Source of the DNA: Candidatus Nomurabacteria bacterium
GTDB taxonomy: Bacteria > Patescibacteriota > Minisyncoccia > Phycocordibacterales > UBA5272
Direction of reading: 5' to 3'
NCBI GenBank assembly: GCA_029288775.1
Contig: JARIGQ010000004.1
Coordinates: 3,303-67,302, forward strand
Length of the DNA stretch: 64,000 nt
Part shown: positions 1-9,845 of the stretch, one piece after another
Numbering within the stretch: the stretch's first letter is position 1
Layout of the letters: every line of letters starts with the position of its first letter
Notes under the pieces: model-generated
What the model was told of the DNA's origin: nothing
The model's input: the letters and a program-made list of their open reading frames with translations, nothing else
Databases searched by the model: none
Translations under genes and position numbers: made by a program

Positions 1-76
1 CAGTGGCTTTCTTCTTCAGGGTGTGATGCCTTAAGTGAGGTGGCGTAGAACGAATTTTTATTGTACAATATATACC

Positions 77-1291
77 ATGAAAAGGCAAGACCTCGAAAAG
101 GTTGGTCTTCCCGATAATCCTGGCGTTTATTTTTTCCGCGACAGTGACGGGAATATCCTCTATATAGGAAAAGCGACCTCGCTTCGTGATCGCGTGCGAA
201 GCTATTTTAATCCCGACCTCATGAAGGCTCGGGGACTTCGTCTTGTGTCTATGGTGACTGCTGCCGATACGGTGACCTTCCAAAGCACGAATTCCGTACT
301 TGAGGCACTTCTTCTAGAAAGCAGGCTTATTAAGGAACATACCCCGCCGTATAATGCGCGGGAGAAGGATAACAAGAGCTTTACCTGTGTAGTCATTACC
401 AAGGAGGAATTTCCTCGCGTACTTATCATGCGCATTCGCGATTTTGAGAAGCGTTTTGATAAAAAGGATATACAAAAAGTGTATGGTCCATTTGCTTCTT
501 TACGTCAGTTGCGAGAAGCAATGAAGATTATTCGGCGCATGTTCCCGTATCATGATAAATGCGAAGCCGGTCAAGGGAAGCCATGTTTTAATGCTCAACT
601 CAAGCTCTGTCCAGGGGTGTGCACCGGGTTGGTTACCAAGGAAGAATATAAAAGACATATCGATAATATTCGAAAGCTCTTTGAGGGAAAAAGGACAGAA
701 TTAAAGAAAGATCTCGAGCAGCAAATGAAGGAGTTTGCAAAAAAGCAGGAATTTGAAAAGGCTGCCCAGGTACGTAATACGCTTTTCGCTTTGGACCACA
801 TAAAAGACATCAATCTCATTCAAGATGAGGAAATATTGTCTTTTAAGGACGCCGCTTTTCGCATCGAAGCCTATGACGTAGCCCATATTTCTGGCTCTGA
901 TCGGGTAGGGGTGATGACGGTCATTGAAGGGAAGGAGAAGTGCAAGGAGAGCTATCGCCGCTTTAAGCTTCCTGAAAAGACCAATGATGATTATGAAGGA
1001 CTACGTGAAATCATGCTCCGCCGATTTAATCACAAGGAATGGCGCTATCCAGATTTGATTGTTATTGATGGAGGCAAGGCGCACAAGGATACCGCCCAGC
1101 GGGTACTCGCGATGCTTGGTCTTTCCATTCCGATTGTTTCCGTGGTCAAAGATGAGAGACATAAGCCAAAGGACATCCTGGGAGATAAAGTCCATGTGGA
1201 TAACCATAAAAAGGAAATACTTTTAGCAAATGCTGAAGCCCACAGATTCGCAATCGGTTACCATAAAGTCTTGCGCAATAAGGTTGTTTAA
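77..1291 (+). CDS. uvrC: Excinuclease ABC subunit C, short form (GIY-YIG, UVR and RNase H-like domains; no C-terminal HhH)
   Basis: LPDNPGVYFF...LYIGKA..LRDRVRSYF, PPYN, EFEKAAQVRN, RIEAYDVAHISG, PDLIVIDGG, EAHRFAI. ATG at 77 preferred (TACAAT 7 nt upstream). Confidence 0.93.
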   Translation: MKRQDLEKVGLPDNPGVYFFRDSDGNILYIGKATSLRDRVRSYFNPDLMKARGLRLVSMVTAADTVTFQSTNSVLEALLLESRLIKEHTPPYNAREKDNKSFTCVVITKEEFPRVLIMRIRDFEKRFDKKDIQKVYGPFASLRQLREAMKIIRRMFPYHDKCEAGQGKPCFNAQLKLCPGVCTGLVTKEEYKRHIDNIRKLFEGKRTELKKDLEQQMKEFAKKQEFEKAAQVRNTLFALDHIKDINLIQDEEILSFKDAAFRIEAYDVAHISGSDRVGVMTVIEGKEKCKESYRRFKLPEKTNDDYEGLREIMLRRFNHKEWRYPDLIVIDGGKAHKDTAQRVLAMLGLSIPIVSVVKDERHKPKDILGDKVHVDNHKKEILLANAEAHRFAIGYHKVLRNKVV

Positions 1292-1416
1292 GAACATGCG
1301 TTCTAGCGTGTCAATACTAACTCTTGACATGCCCTGAGGGACAAAAAGCATGGCTTTTACTTCTCTCCTCTGTACAATCTAAGTATTACCAAATAATACC
1401 TATTTTCAGAGCGTGT

Positions 1417-4389
1417 ATGGCTATTCTACAAACAATTAAGAAGCGTAATGGTGAGTTCGTCCCATTTGACGAAGCGAAGATCGAGCGGGCAATCAAGAAG
1501 GCATTTCTCAGTGTGCTTCGTGATGAAAAGCCGGCGGTAGCTCGCCATATCATGGAGCTTGTAACCAAGGAGCTCGAACTAGAAGCCATCACGCGCGATG
1601 GGTATGTGCCGACGGTGGAACACACCCAGGACCTTGTAGAGAAGCACATTATGGCAGCGGGCTTCTTTGACGTTGCTAAGCACTACATCATCTACCGTTT
1701 CGAGCATCAGAAGATTCGTGACGAAAAGAAGCAGGAAATGCTCGAAAAGGTAGAGGAGGGAGGGCTCATGATTGTGAAGCGCGATGGACGCTCTGAACGC
1801 TTCGATATCGCTAAAGTCCGTGCATCGCTCATGCATGTTGTGAAAGGGTATGAAAAGGAAATCAACGTTGAGCAGATTTTGAATCAGGTGAAGCTTGAGG
1901 TGTATGAAGGCATGCCAACTCGCGACATCCGAAAAGCCCTCGTGATGACGGTACGTGCCATGATCGAGCAAGATCCAGCGTACTCATATGTTGCATCCCG
2001 CATGGTACTTCATTCTATTAATGAAGACTTGATGGGCGAAGCTCTCGACTATACAAAGGTAGACGAACAGTACAAGCAGATGTTTGTGAATGGTATTGAA
2101 AAGGGATTGGAACGTGGGCTTTTGGATGAGCGCATGAGAAGCTTTGATGTAGCAAAGCTTGCAGAATCACTTGTTCGTGAACGAGATCATCTTCTTATGT
2201 ATCTTGGAACGCAGACGCTCTATGAGCGCTATCTTGTGCGCGATGCGGAAGGTGATGGAAACATTATTGAACACATTCAAGGATTTTGGATGCGTGTGGC
2301 TATGGGTATTGCCCTTGGAGAAAAGGAAAGTGATCGCACAGCTCGTGCTGTCGAGTTCTATGAGGCAATGTCTCAGCTTCGCTTTGTCCCTTCATCACCA
2401 ACGCTTTTCCACTCTGGAACCAAGCATCCTCAGCTCTCATCTTGTTACCTCAATACAGTAGGGGATTCACTCGAATCCATCTTTAAGGTGTACGCGGATA
2501 ATGCTCAGCTTTCTAAGTGGGCAGGAGGTATCGGTACGGACTGGACAACGGTACGTGCTTCAGGTTCTCTTGTAAAGCGCTCAGGTATCAAGTCAAACGG
2601 TATTGTGCCATTCCTTAAGATTGCCAACGACGTAACCGTTGCTATCAATCGCTCAGGTCGTCGTCGAGGGGCAACATGTGTGTATCTTGAGAATTGGCAC
2701 TATGATGTGGAAGAATTTCTCGAGCTTCGCAAGAATACGGGTGATGAACGTCGTCGTACGCATGACATGGATACTGCACTTTGGATTTCGGATCTCTTCA
2801 TGAAGCGTGCACGTGATGATGGTGAATGGTCACTCTTTTCTCCTGATGAAGTGCTGGAACTTCACGAAACCTACGGCAAGAAATTCGAAGAACACTATGC
2901 GCGCTATGAGCAGCTCGGTAAGGAAGGCAAGCTTCGCGTATATAAGAGTATGAAGGCGCGCGAGCTATGGAGGAAGATGGTGACAATGCTCTATGAAACT
3001 GGTCACCCATGGATTACATGGAAGGATCCTTCAAACATTCGTTCACCGCAGGATCATGCCGGCGTGGTACACAATTCAAACCTCTGTACAGAAATTACGC
3101 TTAACAACTCAGAAGAGGAAACGGCAGTGTGCAATTTGGGTTCGCTCAACTATCAGCGTCTCGTTCGTGATGGCAAGTTTGATGTGGATCTCGTTGCCGC
3201 AACGACTCGTACCGCTATTCGCATGCTTGATAATGTGATTGATGTAAATTATTACCCAACAATCGAGGCCAAGACATCGAATCTCCGTCATCGACCAATC
3301 GGCATGGGTATTATGGGCTTCCACGACGCGCTCTATATGATGAATATCAACTTCGACTCGGATCAGGCGGTACAGTTTGCTGATGAGTCTATGGAGCTTA
3401 TCTCGTATCATGCCATTCTTTCATCAGCAGAACTTGCTCGTGAGCGAGGTGCATACTCAAGCTTTAAGGGTTCCAAGTGGGATCGCGGTATTTTCCCGGT
3501 AGATACGCTAGCGCTTGTTGAGGCTGAGCGTGGTGTTGAGCTTCCAGTTTCCAAGACCGGACGCCTTGATTGGACACCAGTGCGCGAAGCAGTGAAGCAA
3601 TTTGGTATGCGCAATTCAAATACCATGGCTATGGCGCCAACAGCAACTATCTCTAACATTGCCGGATGCGTACCGACTATTGAGCCTATCTACAAGAACA
3701 TCTACGTGAAGTCCAACATGAATGGTGAATTTATCATCATTAATCCATATCTCGTCGCAGATCTAAAGTCGCTTGGTCTTTGGGATTTTGAAATGATCGG
3801 CCAGCTTAAGTTCCACGATGGTTCCGTTCGCGATATTCCACAAGTACCTGCGCATTTGAAGGATAAGTACAAGGAAGTATTCCAAATCGATCCGTCATGG
3901 CTTATCAAGTCCGCTGCGCATCGCGGTAAGTGGGTGGATATGTCACAGTCCCTTAACATCTACTTTGCAGGATCGTCTGGTCGTGAACTTGCAAACATTT
4001 ACGAGTACGCATGGTCGCTTGGTCTTAAGACTACGTATTACCTTCGTTCGCTTGGTGCATCTCAGGTAGAAAAGGCAACCGTAAGCACTGCTGAATTCGG
4101 TGCAACGAATAAGCGCTCTACAAACACAACCGGAGCAGCTGCACCTACTGGAGAGGCCGTTCCAAGTCCGATGTCCATGGCATCAGCAGTTGCTGTTGCA
4201 ATGTCGACGCCAGTTATGGCAACTCCTGTGCTTGAGCAAGTAGTGTCTATCCCATCTTCAATGCCCGCTATGTCTAGCGTATCTCAAGTAGAATCAGTAC
4301 CCGCATTTAGCATGGGCGAAGCGCCGAAAGTTCAGCCGAAATACAATATTACCGTTATGCCTGGGGCCCATTGCGATGGCTGCGAATAA
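1417..4389 (+). CDS. nrdA: Class Ia ribonucleotide reductase alpha subunit with two N-terminal ATP cones
   Basis: IKKRNG and IVKRDG cone starts; SSCYL, NLCTEI, AVCNL, APTATIS, KTTYYLR; C-terminal CDGC. ATG at 1417 preferred over the upstream TTG. Confidence 0.96.
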   Translation: MAILQTIKKRNGEFVPFDEAKIERAIKKAFLSVLRDEKPAVARHIMELVTKELELEAITRDGYVPTVEHTQDLVEKHIMAAGFFDVAKHYIIYRFEHQKIRDEKKQEMLEKVEEGGLMIVKRDGRSERFDIAKVRASLMHVVKGYEKEINVEQILNQVKLEVYEGMPTRDIRKALVMTVRAMIEQDPAYSYVASRMVLHSINEDLMGEALDYTKVDEQYKQMFVNGIEKGLERGLLDERMRSFDVAKLAESLVRERDHLLMYLGTQTLYERYLVRDAEGDGNIIEHIQGFWMRVAMGIALGEKESDRTARAVEFYEAMSQLRFVPSSPTLFHSGTKHPQLSSCYLNTVGDSLESIFKVYADNAQLSKWAGGIGTDWTTVRASGSLVKRSGIKSNGIVPFLKIANDVTVAINRSGRRRGATCVYLENWHYDVEEFLELRKNTGDERRRTHDMDTALWISDLFMKRARDDGEWSLFSPDEVLELHETYGKKFEEHYARYEQLGKEGKLRVYKSMKARELWRKMVTMLYETGHPWITWKDPSNIRSPQDHAGVVHNSNLCTEITLNNSEEETAVCNLGSLNYQRLVRDGKFDVDLVAATTRTAIRMLDNVIDVNYYPTIEAKTSNLRHRPIGMGIMGFHDALYMMNINFDSDQAVQFADESMELISYHAILSSAELARERGAYSSFKGSKWDRGIFPVDTLALVEAERGVELPVSKTGRLDWTPVREAVKQFGMRNSNTMAMAPTATISNIAGCVPTIEPIYKNIYVKSNMNGEFIIINPYLVADLKSLGLWDFEMIGQLKFHDGSVRDIPQVPAHLKDKYKEVFQIDPSWLIKSAAHRGKWVDMSQSLNIYFAGSSGRELANIYEYAWSLGLKTTYYLRSLGASQVEKATVSTAEFGATNKRSTNTTGAAAPTGEAVPSPMSMASAVAVAMSTPVMATPVLEQVVSIPSSMPAMSSVSQVESVPAFSMGEAPKVQPKYNITVMPGAHCDGCE

Positions 4390-4437
4390 TCTCGCTCTTC
4401 ATTTCCGCTTCTTATTAACTTAGTCTTTTTACACCGT

Positions 4438-5592
4438 ATGCCCCCTTACCAACCACACAATTCACAAGGAACACTTCCAGGAATGCCTCATGTCCCCCAA
4501 GGTCCTTTCATGACCGCCGCTACCGGTCCTATTCCGGTTGGCTATGATCCATCCAAGCCGGTTATTTCGCGCGGGGCTGGACGCGTGGATGTAAATGAAC
4601 GCAAGATCATAAACGGGGGTGGAGCGGATGTAGTGCAGCTATGGCCCATCAAGCACAAGTTTGCATGGGACGCATACAATGTGGGAAATGCCAATCACTG
4701 GTTGCCGACGGAAATTTCCATGCAGCTTGATATTGAGCAGTGGAGAAGTCAGTCAGTGCTTACGGCAGATGAGCGTCATGCGCTTAAGATGGTGCTCGGG
4801 TTCTTTACGACTGCAGACTCCATTGCGGCGAACAATCTTGTGCTTGCCTTCTACAAGCATGTGACGTCACCTGAGACGCGACTATACTTGCTTCGTCAGG
4901 CATACGAAGAAGCGATTCACACGCAAGCCTATCAGTACATCGTGGAATCACTTGGACTTGATGGAACGGAAATCTTCAACATGTATCGCGAAATCGACGC
5001 GATTTACAATAAGGAAGAATTCGTACTTTCTTTCAATCAAGGAATCTTTGATCCCAATTTCAAGACGGGGACATTTGAGGCAGATCAGAAGTTCTTGGAA
5101 AATGTCTGCGTCTTCTCGCTTATTCTTGAAGGCATATTTTTCTATTCATCATTTGCGGTGATGTTTGGATTTCAGCGACAGGGGAAGCTTGTCGGATCTG
5201 CAGAACAGATTCAGTACATCATGCGTGATGAGTCTAATCACATGGACTTCGGTATCAACATGATCAACACCATCAAGCAGGAACAGCCGGAACTCTGGAC
5301 ACCTACATTCGTGGAGCGTATCAAGGCTCTTGTGGACAAGGCGGTGAAGCTTGAGTACCAGTTTGCGGTGGATGTATTCCCGAAGGGAATCTTTGGACTA
5401 AATGCCGAAGGGTTCAAGCAGTACATTGAGTACATTGCAGATCGTCGCCTGATGCGTGTCGGTATTGATGCGGTGTATGGATCAGCAAACCCTTTCCCGT
5501 GGATGAGCGAAGCAGTGGATTTGGCTAAAGAAAAAAACTTCTTCGAAACTCGCGTAACTGAGTATAAAACGGGTGGTACTTTGGAATGGTAA
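4438..5592 (+). CDS. nrdB: Class Ia ribonucleotide reductase beta subunit
   Basis: FFTTADS, EEAIHTQAY (radical Tyr present), EGIFFYSSF, RDESNH, NFFETRVTEY. Confidence 0.96.
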   Translation: MPPYQPHNSQGTLPGMPHVPQGPFMTAATGPIPVGYDPSKPVISRGAGRVDVNERKIINGGGADVVQLWPIKHKFAWDAYNVGNANHWLPTEISMQLDIEQWRSQSVLTADERHALKMVLGFFTTADSIAANNLVLAFYKHVTSPETRLYLLRQAYEEAIHTQAYQYIVESLGLDGTEIFNMYREIDAIYNKEEFVLSFNQGIFDPNFKTGTFEADQKFLENVCVFSLILEGIFFYSSFAVMFGFQRQGKLVGSAEQIQYIMRDESNHMDFGINMINTIKQEQPELWTPTFVERIKALVDKAVKLEYQFAVDVFPKGIFGLNAEGFKQYIEYIADRRLMRVGIDAVYGSANPFPWMSEAVDLAKEKNFFETRVTEYKTGGTLEW

Positions 5593-5628
5593 ATCAAAAC
5601 CGCGCCCCTCCGGGCGCGGTTTTGATTT
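5591..5628. terminator. Intrinsic (probably bidirectional) terminator after nrdB
   Basis: Perfect 17-bp stem AAATCAAAACCGCGCCC-ctcc-GGGCGCGGTTTTGATTT. Confidence 0.85.
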
Positions 5629-5672
5629 CACTGCATCTACTGCATTACTATACTACTTGCTATACTGTGTGT

Positions 5673-6647
5673 ATGTTAAAGGTCTCGCGTTCCATGCCTG
5701 ATATTGCGGTTATTCGCGGAGGAAGAGAGGATTTTTCTTTATCGCTTTCTGAAGGGCAGGAGATACTTAAGTCACTTTCGAAAATCGGCTATAAGCCGCT
5801 GGATGTAATCGTGGATAAAGAGGGGAAATGGACTGCCCAAGGGTTGCCCACTGACGCGCATGCGATCTTTACGCGCGCACATACAATTGTGGATGTAACG
5901 AGAGATCGCAATGCGCCGCATGTTGCACTTGCTAAGAAAATGGGGGTACCACTTTTATTTTCTCCGGCAAACGATGTTCATCTTTCGCGTGAGGATATGT
6001 ATCGACTACTTCGCATGCAGGGATTTAAAGTACCCGATACAACGGTCGTGCGGGCCAAAGCGCCGCTCCAGGATTCACTCTTTCGTGATGTGTGGTCTCG
6101 CTATCACACGCCGCTTATGATTCGTCCACTTGTGAAGCGAAATGATGTAGCCTCCAAGTTGGTCACAAAATATGCTGATTTTGAAAAGATAGTGCGAGAG
6201 TACCATACAAAAGGGGTGGACGTGCATATACTTACGTATCGAAGACTGCCTACGTCATCCTTGATTGTCCTTCCGGATTTTCGCGGAGAAAAGGTATACA
6301 CGCCGGTATGGGTGGAAACGTTTGCAGGAATCAATGAGCTTCCGAATGTGTCTCATCGTATGCAGACGTATCTTCATGCTCCCGAGTTTCGCAAGGAACA
6401 AATGAAAAAGATTGCCACCTCAGTATATGAAGCATTGGAGCTTACAGGTCCCGCAATCATTGATGTCATTTATGATAACAATACGTACAAAGTAGTGAAT
6501 ATAGAAACGTCACCTTCACTTCGACCAGACGGGCGCTTCATGACCTCATTACGATCTACCGGTGTAGACATTGGTCAGTACATACATGAGCACATCAAGC
6601 GCGAAGTAGAAAGTGGTATCAATCCATTGTATGACTTCGCAAGATAG
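5673..6647 (+). CDS. Divergent D-Ala-D-Ala-ligase-like ATP-grasp protein
   Basis: IAVIRGG...SLSEGQEILKSL N-terminus, GFKVPDT, PLMIRP, ALELTGPAIIDV..NIETSP follow the Ddl layout, but canonical catalytic motifs are degenerate. TGCTATACT lies 6 nt before ATG 5673. Confidence 0.6.
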   Translation: MLKVSRSMPDIAVIRGGREDFSLSLSEGQEILKSLSKIGYKPLDVIVDKEGKWTAQGLPTDAHAIFTRAHTIVDVTRDRNAPHVALAKKMGVPLLFSPANDVHLSREDMYRLLRMQGFKVPDTTVVRAKAPLQDSLFRDVWSRYHTPLMIRPLVKRNDVASKLVTKYADFEKIVREYHTKGVDVHILTYRRLPTSSLIVLPDFRGEKVYTPVWVETFAGINELPNVSHRMQTYLHAPEFRKEQMKKIATSVYEALELTGPAIIDVIYDNNTYKVVNIETSPSLRPDGRFMTSLRSTGVDIGQYIHEHIKREVESGINPLYDFAR

Positions 6648-6837
6648 GAAGCTTATTGTACTTATTCTAGGTTTACCTATTGTGATAGGTCTTATTATTT
6701 TTCTTTTGAAATAAACATGACCATTAAAGTGGTCATGGGTGGTTCACAGTTTTTTTCGCTATACATAGAAAGGACTAGACGGGCTGTATTAAAGTTAATT
6801 TCCTTTAGGTCCAGTTTCTTGAGTACTTTTGGTAATT

Positions 6838-7227
6838 CTAAGTATGTATAAGCGTAAGTCTCCTTAGCTTTCCCTTGAGGTGGAAAAAAATTGGTTCAAC
6901 TGTCATAATACTTACAGGGCATGGGTCAATTATAGATCCACTTGGGCACAATAACCATGAGTGAATAGTTATCTCTCTAATTACTGGCTTATACTCATTT
7001 TTCACTTCTATTTCTACTGTAAAGTGATACCCGTCTGCAACTCGCAACTGTGGTATATGAATAACAAGTGCTCTACAAATGGAGTGACAATTATACAAAA
7101 GATCTTCTCCATAGACCGCTAGTTCGGCATTGTTTTTTATGAGGTTTTCAAGAATAAACCTTCCACGACGATAAAGAATGCAATCTTCTTCAGTTATACC
7201 ATCTCTAAGGCGAGGGTTGTTTAACAT
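6838..7227 (-). CDS. Hypothetical protein in an AT-rich patch
   Basis: 129-aa ATG ORF with an HSWL...IIDP motif; no family recognised. Confidence 0.45.
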   Translation of the reverse strand: MLNNPRLRDGITEEDCILYRRGRFILENLIKNNAELAVYGEDLLYNCHSICRALVIHIPQLRVADGYHFTVEIEVKNEYKPVIREITIHSWLLCPSGSIIDPCPVSIMTVEPIFFHLKGKLRRLTLIHT

Positions 7228-7444
7228 ATTTTTCCTAAAGGACTATCTATCTTAACGATACGGGGCATAATGTCCTCTGTCAATGTTTTTGTCCTTTCTT
7301 TAAGTATGTGTAGTAATAAATACATTCAATACTAAGGATATGGTGTTGAATGTTCCTTTAAGGAGTCTTCACACTTAAATTGATGCTATTTTCTTTATAT
7401 TCTCTCCCAACGAATTTGAACGTAAATTATACTCTTGCCTAAAA

Positions 7445-7482
7445 GAGAAAACCGCCCCTCTGGTAAGTATGGCGGTTTTCTC
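7445..7482 (-). terminator. Hairpin terminator downstream of the YegP-like gene
   Basis: GAGAAAACCGCC-N14-GGCGGTTTTCTC. Confidence 0.6.
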
Positions 7483-7548
7483 AGTGTGTTCGTACGATTA
7501 CTCGAACGAAGTGACGTCTTTGTTTGATGCGTTACGGTTGCTTCATGG

Positions 7549-7845
7549 CTACTTTCCAACTTTTTGAGCGGAAGAGTTTGCTTTCGAAGGTTCCGCTTTC
7601 TTGACCGCAGTCCGTTTGAGAGACTGCTTCCCAGTTGTTTTTGAAGCCGCATCTGCTTTTTTATCAGCATCGACAAGCAAAGCTTTTGCAGTCCATTCGG
7701 AAAGCTTCTTTGCCTGCGCGAGCGCTTTTGATTTTGAATCAAACGGAGTTGACTCTGCGATCTTGTCGCCAGTGCGGGAGAGAAGCCGGAATCGATACAA
7801 ACCTTTCTTGTCTTTATAGACTTCAAGGATCGGTGTCTTTGTCAT
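7549..7845 (-). CDS. YegP/DUF1508-like protein with a Lys/Ala-rich tail
   Basis: LEVYKDKKGLYRFRLLSRTGDKIAES..FDSKSKA matches the DUF1508 pattern. Confidence 0.75.
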   Translation of the reverse strand: MTKTPILEVYKDKKGLYRFRLLSRTGDKIAESTPFDSKSKALAQAKKLSEWTAKALLVDADKKADAASKTTGKQSLKRTAVKKAEPSKANSSAQKVGK

Positions 7846-7953
7846 CTATAATTCATTTACTTAAATCTGATAAACATGAAACAACTGTCTGAGATATAGT
7901 GTATATCTTCAGCGTGCTATACTCAATAGCAACAAGGGAAGTTATTCACATAT

Positions 7954-8364
7954 ATGGAAAAGAAACTTTCGTACGTAGGGAATATTGGAACGATTGTACA
8001 GAAGAATGACAATTTTCGCGAGGTACTTTTTACCGGGACTAAGTCGCAGCTTGTGGTCATGTCTATTCCAGTCAAAGGGGAGGTGGGAGAAGAAATTCAC
8101 GAGCATGTCGAGCAGACGCTTTATATTATTTCGGGCATCTGTAAGGTGATACTGGATGATGTTGAGCATGTAGTATCCGGTGGAGATGTAGTGGTGGTTA
8201 CTCCTGGAACCAAGCATAATTTCATTAATGTCGGAGAAGATATTGTAAAGATTATTACGACATATTCGCCACCTAATCATATTGATGGTCGAGTACACAC
8301 AACGAAAGAGGACGCAGATAATGATAGCGAAGATGAAGCGATCGGTCATTCCTACACAAGCTAA
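7954..8364 (+). CDS. Cupin domain protein
   Basis: EIHEHVEQTLY...G and VVVTPGTKHNFIN cupin motifs. Confidence 0.88.
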   Translation: MEKKLSYVGNIGTIVQKNDNFREVLFTGTKSQLVVMSIPVKGEVGEEIHEHVEQTLYIISGICKVILDDVEHVVSGGDVVVVTPGTKHNFINVGEDIVKIITTYSPPNHIDGRVHTTKEDADNDSEDEAIGHSYTS

Positions 8365-9145
8365 AAACGATGCACAGTTTGTAAAGCATATCGTTTCCCA
8401 TTACGAAAAGTATGGGCGTCATGAGCTTGTGTGGCGTACAAAAATCACTCCGTATCGTATCTTGGTAAGCGAAATCATGCTGCAGCAGACGCAGGTATCG
8501 CGCGTACTTCCCAAGTATCAGACATGGATGAAATTGTACCCAACTCTTTTTCGTTTAGGTGAAGCGTCATTTACGGACGTGCTCAAGTTGTGGCAGGGAC
8601 TTGGGTATCAACGTCGCGCAAAGGCACTTCATGAAATCGCAAGGAATGTAAAAGCTCTTCCCAAAAGCTATGCCGAGCTTCTCAAACTAAAGGGTATTGG
8701 TCCTTATACTGCATCAGCAATACTCGCCTTTGCTTACGATGTTTTTCCAGATCATCTTGTAGAAACAAATATTCGCACCGCACTCATTGAAGCATTTCAT
8801 CAAGGGGAAACCAATATACATGATGGCAAGCTCTACGATGATCTCGCTCGCTTGCATAAGCTTGCTTCAGTGCAGAAGCTAGGGGCACGTCATTTTTATT
8901 ACGCGCTCATGGATTATGGGGCATATCTTAAGTCCGAGAAGATTTCTCATAATATAAAAAGCGCACACTATTCGCGTCAGAGTCCTTATATAGGGTCGGT
9001 TCGACAATTGCGAGCAAAGATACTATTTGCAATTGCTCATAAGGAAAAGCTCCCTTCAGACGAACGTGCCCAATCAGTACTCGAGAAGCTTATAGAAGAA
9101 AAGTATATTGTGGAGCGCAAAGGCGGATATGCTATTGTGGAATAG
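8333..9145 (+). CDS. mutY: A/G-specific adenine glycosylase MutY-like, short, without Fe-S cluster
   Basis: PYRILVSEIMLQQTQV, WQGLGYQRRA, LKGIGPYTASA. Start uncertain; 8333 overlaps the cupin gene. Confidence 0.85.
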   Translation: MKRSVIPTQAKNDAQFVKHIVSHYEKYGRHELVWRTKITPYRILVSEIMLQQTQVSRVLPKYQTWMKLYPTLFRLGEASFTDVLKLWQGLGYQRRAKALHEIARNVKALPKSYAELLKLKGIGPYTASAILAFAYDVFPDHLVETNIRTALIEAFHQGETNIHDGKLYDDLARLHKLASVQKLGARHFYYALMDYGAYLKSEKISHNIKSAHYSRQSPYIGSVRQLRAKILFAIAHKEKLPSDERAQSVLEKLIEEKYIVERKGGYAIVE

Positions 9146-9824
9146 CGAGTTCGGTCAAAAGTGTTTTTACTTGGCGATCAGAAAGGGTATGTACTTGGCC
9201 TTGTTTTAATCCATGACTTACAAAAGAGAGTATGCGTACGCGTTTAAGTGTCTTTACGGTAAGATTAAGCGCATTAAGCATACGGCGTATCTCATGTTTC
9301 TTGCCTTCGGTAAGAATAATGCGTAGCGAGTAGCCTTCGTTATAAATCGCTACTGATTTTACCGGAGCATATTGGGCTTCTTGGGTGCGAATGCCTTTCT
9401 TAAGAAGAGTGACAACGCGCGGTGTGCATTTTTCGCGCACAGTAACTTCATATTCTTTTTCTCGAGCGTGACGAGGATGAAGGAGCGCATCCACTACACG
9501 ATAATCATTTGAATAAAGGAGTAAACCTTCACTTTCTTTGTCCAAGCGACCCAAGGGTTCGCAGTGAGGAAGTTCGGGGAGAGGTCCTGTTACCACGCCA
9601 CGCGGCTTGTAATACAAAGCATACATATAGTTGGTTTCCGGCGCCTGTACGGAAATTACGTCACCCTTTTTTACTTTACTGCCAAGCGTGGCAGGCTTTT
9701 TGTTAATGAGAATATATCCTTTTTCTATATAGGTATCGATGGTGCGGCGAGAGCCTATTCCTTCATCACGTAGAAAAGCATTGATTCTCATTTCTTCTTT
9801 GGTTGTAACTTTTATTTCTCGCAT
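9132..9824 (-). CDS. S4-domain rRNA pseudouridine synthase (RsuA/RluB/RluF family)
   Basis: MRINAFL..GIGSRR S4 domain, YKPRG, GRLDKESEGLLL, EGKKHEIRRM. Confidence 0.92.
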   Translation of the reverse strand: MREIKVTTKEEMRINAFLRDEGIGSRRTIDTYIEKGYILINKKPATLGSKVKKGDVISVQAPETNYMYALYYKPRGVVTGPLPELPHCEPLGRLDKESEGLLLYSNDYRVVDALLHPRHAREKEYEVTVREKCTPRVVTLLKKGIRTQEAQYAPVKSVAIYNEGYSLRIILTEGKKHEIRRMLNALNLTVKTLKRVRILSFVSHGLKQGQVHTLSDRQVKTLLTELAIPQ

Positions 9825-9845
9825 GGTAATGGATTGAGGAAAGGA

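Noticed and set aside
4438-5592. Class Ic (Mn/Fe, Chlamydia-type) or metal-free RNR beta subunit
   Set aside because: The first ligand is Asp (TADS), the radical Tyr (HTQAY) is present and the other metal ligands are intact, consistent with class Ia.
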